This document shows, one piece after another, positions 15,855 through 20,792 of a DNA stretch of 20,792 nucleotides. The stretch is from positions 1-20,792 of the forward strand of contig CBDCXH010000005.1 of assembly GCA_965223665.1 (NCBI GenBank), given 5' to 3'. Made by a program: the position numbers and the translations under genes. Under the pieces are notes generated by a model. That model searched no databases, was not told where the DNA came from, and saw only the letters and a program-made list of their open reading frames with translations. Numbering within the stretch: position 1 is the stretch's first letter; each line of letters starts with the position of its first letter. Source of the stretch: Nitrospinaceae bacterium (GTDB lineage: Bacteria; Nitrospinota; Nitrospinia; Nitrospinales; Nitrospinaceae).

Positions 15855-18800
15855 CTACTCTATTACGATTCTTACTTTGGCCGGGTCTTTGCCCTTGGTA
15901 AGTTGATCTATATATTCCTCAAAGCGTTTTTTCATCTCCCCCGGGGTGGCCGGACCGTTTGCGACCTGCAGGGCATTCTGCAAGTCCTGTGCTTTTACTG
16001 TAACTTTGACCAGACCAGAGAGCACCTCTTTAAGGGCATGCACGAAGTTGCTGTTTAGCGGTACCGGCAACTCACGCGATTTGATGAAGGCTTCCAGCGG
16101 TTCGCGATCGTCAATCTTTAGCAGGTCCATGTTGGCTTGGGTGATCGGGTCCTCCAGGTTGCCGAGAATAGTGGAAGTCCAGCCCGCAATCATGGCATCG
16201 AGTTCGGTGTCCATCTGGTCAATCATTTGCGAGCCTGTCCCTGCAACGGTTTCGATCGACGGACGTAAACCGCAGTGCGGGCAGATAGGGGTAGAATCCA
16301 GGTCCTGCTCGGTCAGGGCAATACAGCTCTTTTGTCCTGCCAAGCGGTTTTGAAAATCGGTGAGCTGTTGCCTCGGCATCAGGTCGATACCTGCCAGTTT
16401 GAGCAGAGTTTGCAGCCGCGGGTCATTGAGTAGCGCCGCTTTGCGCTTGTCATCGTTCATGCCCAGCCTGGCTTTGGTGTGTAGGCCGATGTAGGCAACA
16501 ATGTAATCCTTCTTGAGCTTTCGAAGTTTGGTTCCGGTGTCGTGGGATTGTGTTGTCAGTTCGGACAGGGTCGCCGGTTTAAGTACATCTAGGATATCCT
16601 GTCGGGTCGCCTTCATGCGGTCCACCCAATCGTGCTCGGCGGGAAGCACCGCTTCGGCGGTGGAGAGCCATGAAGCCGTTGGACCATGGCCCATGACGAA
16701 CTCGCGCAGGGCGGCAAGATCATCCAAGGCCTTTATTGCCTTTTCGTAAGCTATCACTTCCTGGGCGCTGTAACGGAAGTTCTTCAGCTTTCCCGGCGAT
16801 GAGTAGGCCTGAAGCGATTCAAAGAAAGTCTTGGCTTCGTCCAGTCCATTAGCCTGCCTGTCTAGGTCGGTGCCCGCGAGCAGATCAAGCCCCCAGAAAG
16901 AAAGACTTTCCTGCAGCGTCTGCTGGGTCATGACAATGCGTTTGACCACATTACCCACGGCATGCTGAAGGTTCTGTAATGGCTCTTCCTTACCTTGGGT
17001 GACAAGCTGGGCCATACCCGGCGTCATGCCGAGTAATTCGAATAAAGCCTTGAGTGCAGGCAGATTCCATTCCTTTGGCTGTTCCAGGTGCTTGAACCGA
17101 ACCAATTCGTCCATACCGGTTGCGGCAAGCTGTTGAAGCCCAGTGGCATCAAACTTCTTTCCAGGGATTGCAAGCACGACGTCGCCCGAATAAATCAAGG
17201 CTGCAAGGATAACCGCTACCCATTCAGGTTCCAGCCTTGAGGCTCCCGGATTCATGTACTCGAGACCGTGGTCGTCCTGGATGATTTCGCTACGGTTCAC
17301 CACCTGCCCATGCCCCTTGGCCTTTATGGCATCAAGGATGAACTTGGCGTACTTCGATTTGTAGGGATCAATTTTTTCGCCATCGAGCAATTCCAGAGCG
17401 TCTAATACAGCTGTGGCCTGTTTGGTGCGGTTCTGCCCAGCAATGGCCCTCAGGGTATCCTGTGCGGCCTGGACAAGATTGTTACCTGTGATTAGGACTG
17501 AAAACTTTGGGTAGTCGGGTGCTTGATCAACAAAGTTTGGTGCAAGGCAAATACCCGCGATAGCATTTATTAAATCACGAAAATTGATGGTCTCGTTAGG
17601 AGCTACCCCGGAAATATCTCGAACTGACATCCCCTTTGCCCACTCAGTCATTGACTTGGTACGTCCCTGATAAGTAACTTCGAAGGCTTCGCTCATGTGC
17701 TTCTGCAGCCATTGGACTAACTTTTTTAAGAAGCCGTTGGCTTTCGACTCGTATGTGGACTTAGCATGCCCAGATGAGGTGGCCGCTAGATCAAGCGCTG
17801 CTGCATAGCTCTTAAGCGCGGTCAGAAATTCTTCGTCGGTGCCTTTCAGCCTGAAGAATACCTCATCTTTCCATTTGTCATCCTTAAACCGAGGCGGATC
17901 GTTCGGCTGGATGAAATAAAGATAAAAGTCTCGCTGAGGCACAGCGGTGGAACGCTCATTGGGAGCCCCGAAGAACATATAGCCTGTACGTGCCGCCTTA
18001 CGCTCATGCCATACTAACTCATGCTGCCATATCTTATAACCGGTAACATAGGTGGCATCTTGGCATTCCATGACCCGTTTGAGAGCCTCATAATAGAAGC
18101 GATCGAGGTGAGCTTTATCCAAGCTTTCAGCTCGTTTGTCGATCAGGGCATCGAAGTCGTCGGTCTTTTTCAGGTCCAGATAGAACTGACTGTTATCCTC
18201 ATTAAAGGAAATGAACTGGCCGCTAACCGTATTGTGTATTTCGCGCAAGACGGTTTCCACATGAGTCTGTAAATCTTTGTCTGGTTCGTCACTGCCCAAC
18301 TCAACGATCATGGGTTCAAAAAGGCAAAGGCGATCACGCAATTCCTCAGCAGATGCGCCCATTGGAGCATGTATGTCGCCAGTGGTCAGACGATGGACTG
18401 AAAGTGCGTGTATAAGGCGCAGTGCCATCGGCTTATACTGTTTGCGGGTGATACCGTTTTCGATACGCGATTCCAACACTTGGCTGCAATCCATAACCGC
18501 CCTGATTTCAGGAATGGTACGGAAGGATGCGTTCTGTTTGAGCGTGTTCCAGTAACTATCAAAGGCAATCAGTGCCGGCTCGTCCGGGGGCACATCTTTT
18601 CCCAGAACCCCTTTCATACAGATGGATAGAGTCCTTAGCACCTCACGTTTTTCGACCACGGAGACCCGCTCGAATGTGTCGATGTAATCGGGATGCACGG
18701 GGAAGAGCCGGACGAATTCATCCATACGCTCGTTGAGTCCTCCATAGTATTTAGCAAAGGGCGTCAGGTATTCTCGGATCTTGGCTTGCTGCTCGGCGGT

Positions 18801-19586
18801 CTTCTTAAGCAGACGCTCGGACACCACAAACTTGACGTCATTCCTTGCGATTAGAATCTGTTCAAAGCGATCCTTTACCCGGCGAACGCTGTCGGCCACA
18901 AAGGAAAAACGGGGGCTATCAAAAATGGCTTCCTGCACACCGGCCATAAAGCGAAAGCGCAGGTCTTTACATACTTCTCCGACCTCGCGTAGGAAGTTGA
19001 GGTCTAGTATCAGTTCCTGGTCCTTGCGAGTGCGTAAATAGTCTAGCAATTCATCGACCACCAGGAGCAAGCCGTGTTCAGGATAAGCCTGACCGAACTT
19101 CTCCATCATGTCTTCGAAGGCCCTCTTATGGTTGGTTGTTGCATCGATCTCTGGAAAGACATAATCTACACCGAGCTTATCGAGGTTTTCTTCAAGTTCG
19201 GCGATTAGAATATCGCGCAGGGACATGGTGGTTGCACCGATTTCAGTGCGGATGACCTTAAAGCGGCCAGCAATCTGCTTTGCAGCTTGGGTTACATTAG
19301 TATGATTAAGGTTGTCCAATAGAGATGCATCTGCAGCAAGACTGGATACCACCGACATCAAATGTGATTTGCCGGTTCCGTAGTTGCCAACAACCAGGAT
19401 GCCTTTGTTATCTACTGGCTGTTCGAACTGCAACTGCGGAAAAACAAGTTGAATCAGTCGTTCCGCCATTTCCTCTGAAATGACGTAGGTATTGATAAGA
19501 TGCTGTGCGGCGCTGGCTCTGTCCGCATCACGCAACTGAACAACTGATTCAATCGGGTCAAATTGGATAAGATCACCATATTTCAT
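15855..19586 (-). CDS. brxC: BREX-3 large P-loop ATPase BrxC/PglY (DUF6079-like)
   Basis: 1243 aa; Walker A GNYGTGKS; Walker B VVDE; FPVHP motif; C-terminal CPHC; TAATG overlap with brxF. Confidence 0.9.
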   Translation of the reverse strand: MKYGDLIQFDPIESVVQLRDADRASAAQHLINTYVISEEMAERLIQLVFPQLQFEQPVDNKGILVVGNYGTGKSHLMSVVSSLAADASLLDNLNHTNVTQAAKQIAGRFKVIRTEIGATTMSLRDILIAELEENLDKLGVDYVFPEIDATTNHKRAFEDMMEKFGQAYPEHGLLLVVDELLDYLRTRKDQELILDLNFLREVGEVCKDLRFRFMAGVQEAIFDSPRFSFVADSVRRVKDRFEQILIARNDVKFVVSERLLKKTAEQQAKIREYLTPFAKYYGGLNERMDEFVRLFPVHPDYIDTFERVSVVEKREVLRTLSICMKGVLGKDVPPDEPALIAFDSYWNTLKQNASFRTIPEIRAVMDCSQVLESRIENGITRKQYKPMALRLIHALSVHRLTTGDIHAPMGASAEELRDRLCLFEPMIVELGSDEPDKDLQTHVETVLREIHNTVSGQFISFNEDNSQFYLDLKKTDDFDALIDKRAESLDKAHLDRFYYEALKRVMECQDATYVTGYKIWQHELVWHERKAARTGYMFFGAPNERSTAVPQRDFYLYFIQPNDPPRFKDDKWKDEVFFRLKGTDEEFLTALKSYAAALDLAATSSGHAKSTYESKANGFLKKLVQWLQKHMSEAFEVTYQGRTKSMTEWAKGMSVRDISGVAPNETINFRDLINAIAGICLAPNFVDQAPDYPKFSVLITGNNLVQAAQDTLRAIAGQNRTKQATAVLDALELLDGEKIDPYKSKYAKFILDAIKAKGHGQVVNRSEIIQDDHGLEYMNPGASRLEPEWVAVILAALIYSGDVVLAIPGKKFDATGLQQLAATGMDELVRFKHLEQPKEWNLPALKALFELLGMTPGMAQLVTQGKEEPLQNLQHAVGNVVKRIVMTQQTLQESLSFWGLDLLAGTDLDRQANGLDEAKTFFESLQAYSSPGKLKNFRYSAQEVIAYEKAIKALDDLAALREFVMGHGPTASWLSTAEAVLPAEHDWVDRMKATRQDILDVLKPATLSELTTQSHDTGTKLRKLKKDYIVAYIGLHTKARLGMNDDKRKAALLNDPRLQTLLKLAGIDLMPRQQLTDFQNRLAGQKSCIALTEQDLDSTPICPHCGLRPSIETVAGTGSQMIDQMDTELDAMIAGWTSTILGNLEDPITQANMDLLKIDDREPLEAFIKSRELPVPLNSNFVHALKEVLSGLVKVTVKAQDLQNALQVANGPATPGEMKKRFEEYIDQLTKGKDPAKVRIVIE

Positions 19587-20098
19587 TATTTTGCTGCCCC
19601 TTTTGTTTTCTTTTCTGAATCGATTGTTGCCGTTCCATCCATACCCACTATTAATGCATCGACCATGTCATAACTCCTATACTCAGGATGTCCTATTTCG
19701 GCATAGACAAGCATCTGGCCCTCGATTGCACCACTCCAGGATGCCAATACCGTTCGATTTCTGGATATGCTCTGCAGGAGCCGCAAGGGATCTTGCTTCA
19801 AATCTTTGTCAAATAGGATTTCTAGGTTATCAAGAACCACAATCGCCTTTGCATTATCAGCAACGTGATCTATTATTCTGGGCAGGTGGAGTGCCCGTTG
19901 TTTATCCGTCAGCTCGAGCAATTCAGTTGAGATAGCCAGACTAATATTTATGACTTCAGTATCAAAGCTATCTGCGGTTCCACGAAGGACACCGGTTTTG
20001 CCAGAACTAGTCTCACCCACCAGCAATACCAAACGGTGATACAGGCCATCGGCTACCTGGAGGGATCGTTTTATTTTACTTTGAATTAAATCTGTCAT
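19586..20098 (-). CDS. brxF: BREX-3 P-loop protein BrxF
   Basis: [40 protein letters not shown]; first brx gene of the operon. Confidence 0.9.
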   Translation of the reverse strand: MTDLIQSKIKRSLQVADGLYHRLVLLVGETSSGKTGVLRGTADSFDTEVINISLAISTELLELTDKQRALHLPRIIDHVADNAKAIVVLDNLEILFDKDLKQDPLRLLQSISRNRTVLASWSGAIEGQMLVYAEIGHPEYRSYDMVDALIVGMDGTATIDSEKKTKGAAK

Positions 20099-20396
20099 GG
20101 TTTTTACTAATTGACTGATTTCCTACTCTTTTTTTTCTTGATTGCATTTCTATATGAATATCCACTCGCTGGTCTAGTTTATTAAGAATTTTAATCAACC
20201 GGTCAATAGTAAATCGGCCAAGATCTCCATTTCGAATACGGGAAAAATCAGCAGCGGTAAATTTTGTAGCAGCCTGAGCTTCCCGAACGGATAATTTCCG
20301 GTCTTCAAGGATATGAATAATTTTTTCACTTAAACCTGCCTTAATTTGATCTATATCATGGCTATTAGAAACAGCTTGTTTGGTTGCAGTCTTCAT
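20076..20396 (-). CDS. XRE-family (HTH_37/HigA-like) transcriptional regulator
   Basis: LSVREAQAATKFTAADFSRIRNGDLGRFTIDRLIKIL HTH pattern; ATG at 20396 with AGGA upstream; overlaps the brxF start by 23 nt. Confidence 0.85.
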   Translation of the reverse strand: MKTATKQAVSNSHDIDQIKAGLSEKIIHILEDRKLSVREAQAATKFTAADFSRIRNGDLGRFTIDRLIKILNKLDQRVDIHIEMQSRKKRVGNQSISKNHDRFNSK

Positions 20397-20413
20397 ATTG
20401 TAGTTGTTCCTAC

Positions 20414-20456
20414 TTATAGTTTTTATTAGACTTAAACATATTGTCAAAAATGACAA
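20414..20456 (-). promoter_or_regulatory. Candidate promoter/operator of the defence operon
   Basis: Perfect palindrome TTGTCA-AAAA-TGACAA (20441-20456) overlaps a minus-strand TTGACA (20447-20442). The -10 box is weak (TAAAAA at 16-nt spacing). Confidence 0.6.
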
Positions 20457-20703
20457 CACCGGTCAAGGATATTTTGGGAGGACTTTACCTCTACTTTTTA
20501 ATGACTTTTAATTTCCTTTATGGCGTCTTTTTATTGCCCTAAGCGTGAACCTCTTTCCGTTTCTATCTGCAGGGGTTAGAAAAACATTACATCGATCTAC
20601 CTGCTTTACTCCTATTTACTGAAGTTTGACCTGACCTCAAAAATTTAGTCCAAAAGTTCAAATGGGCCAAAAAAAGGCCAATGGACTATCATTTTTCTCA
20701 ATT

Positions 20704-20787
20704 CTCCACAACATATCACAATATTACTTTAAAGAGAGGTGATTGATTTTTCTGTTGTTATTTGTTGTGAGATATTGTTATTAATTA
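20704..20787. repeat. Right-end array of 10-bp repeats (2 inverted + 3 direct); candidate integrase arm-type sites
   Basis: TGTTGTTATT, TGTTGTGAGA, TATTGTTATT in tandem at 20753-20782; TATTGTGATA and TGTTGTGGAG on the minus strand at 20704-20723. Confidence 0.65.
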
Positions 20788-20792
20788 GCCCA

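Larger units (their letters stand above)
1..20792. mobile_element. Integrative, phage-satellite-like genomic island carrying a type 3 BREX defence cargo
   Basis: int-xis-primase core; no structural or transfer genes; shared repeat motif at both ends; compositional shift between core and cargo. The att core itself is not visible. Confidence 0.75.

Noticed and set aside
6762-19935. Numerous + strand ORFs of 60-160 aa opposite the BREX operon (e.g. 15573-16058, 15946-16353)
   Set aside because: They are antisense to long motif-bearing genes, which is expected at this GC content; no independent support.
1-20792. CRISPR array, tRNA/rRNA, IS element or retron ncRNA
   Set aside because: No repeat-spacer periodicity, cloverleaf, transposase or reverse transcriptase was seen; the repeats found are 9-10 bp binding-site-like motifs.

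Overview
The window looks like one nearly complete integrative element with two convergent halves. The left half (+ strand, 55-6593, AT-rich) is a phage-satellite-like core: tyrosine integrase, a variable Lys-rich ORF, an Xis/AlpA-like protein, a CHC2-Toprim primase fused to a P-loop helicase, a small TubC-N-like protein, a conserved hypothetical protein and an HGGxSTG protein. No capsid, tail or conjugation genes are visible. The right half (- strand, 20396-6769, more GC-rich) is one tightly coupled anti-phage operon: XRE/HTH regulator, brxF, brxC, an 18-codon mini-ORF, pglXI, an ABC-type ATPase (DUF3696-like), a 348-aa unknown protein, a brxHII remnant, pglZ and brxA, i.e. a type 3 BREX. Highlights: (1) the BrxHII helicase has lost its motor through an in-frame deletion at a GCCGAT microhomology while translational coupling is kept; (2) an ATPase plus putative effector pair is nested inside BREX; (3) 9-bp iteron-like triads occur at two places inside the primase gene; (4) matching 10-bp repeats at both window ends resemble integrase arm sites; (5) a perfect palindrome overlaps a TTGACA -35 box upstream of the operon. 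All family assignments come from motif recognition, not database searches.
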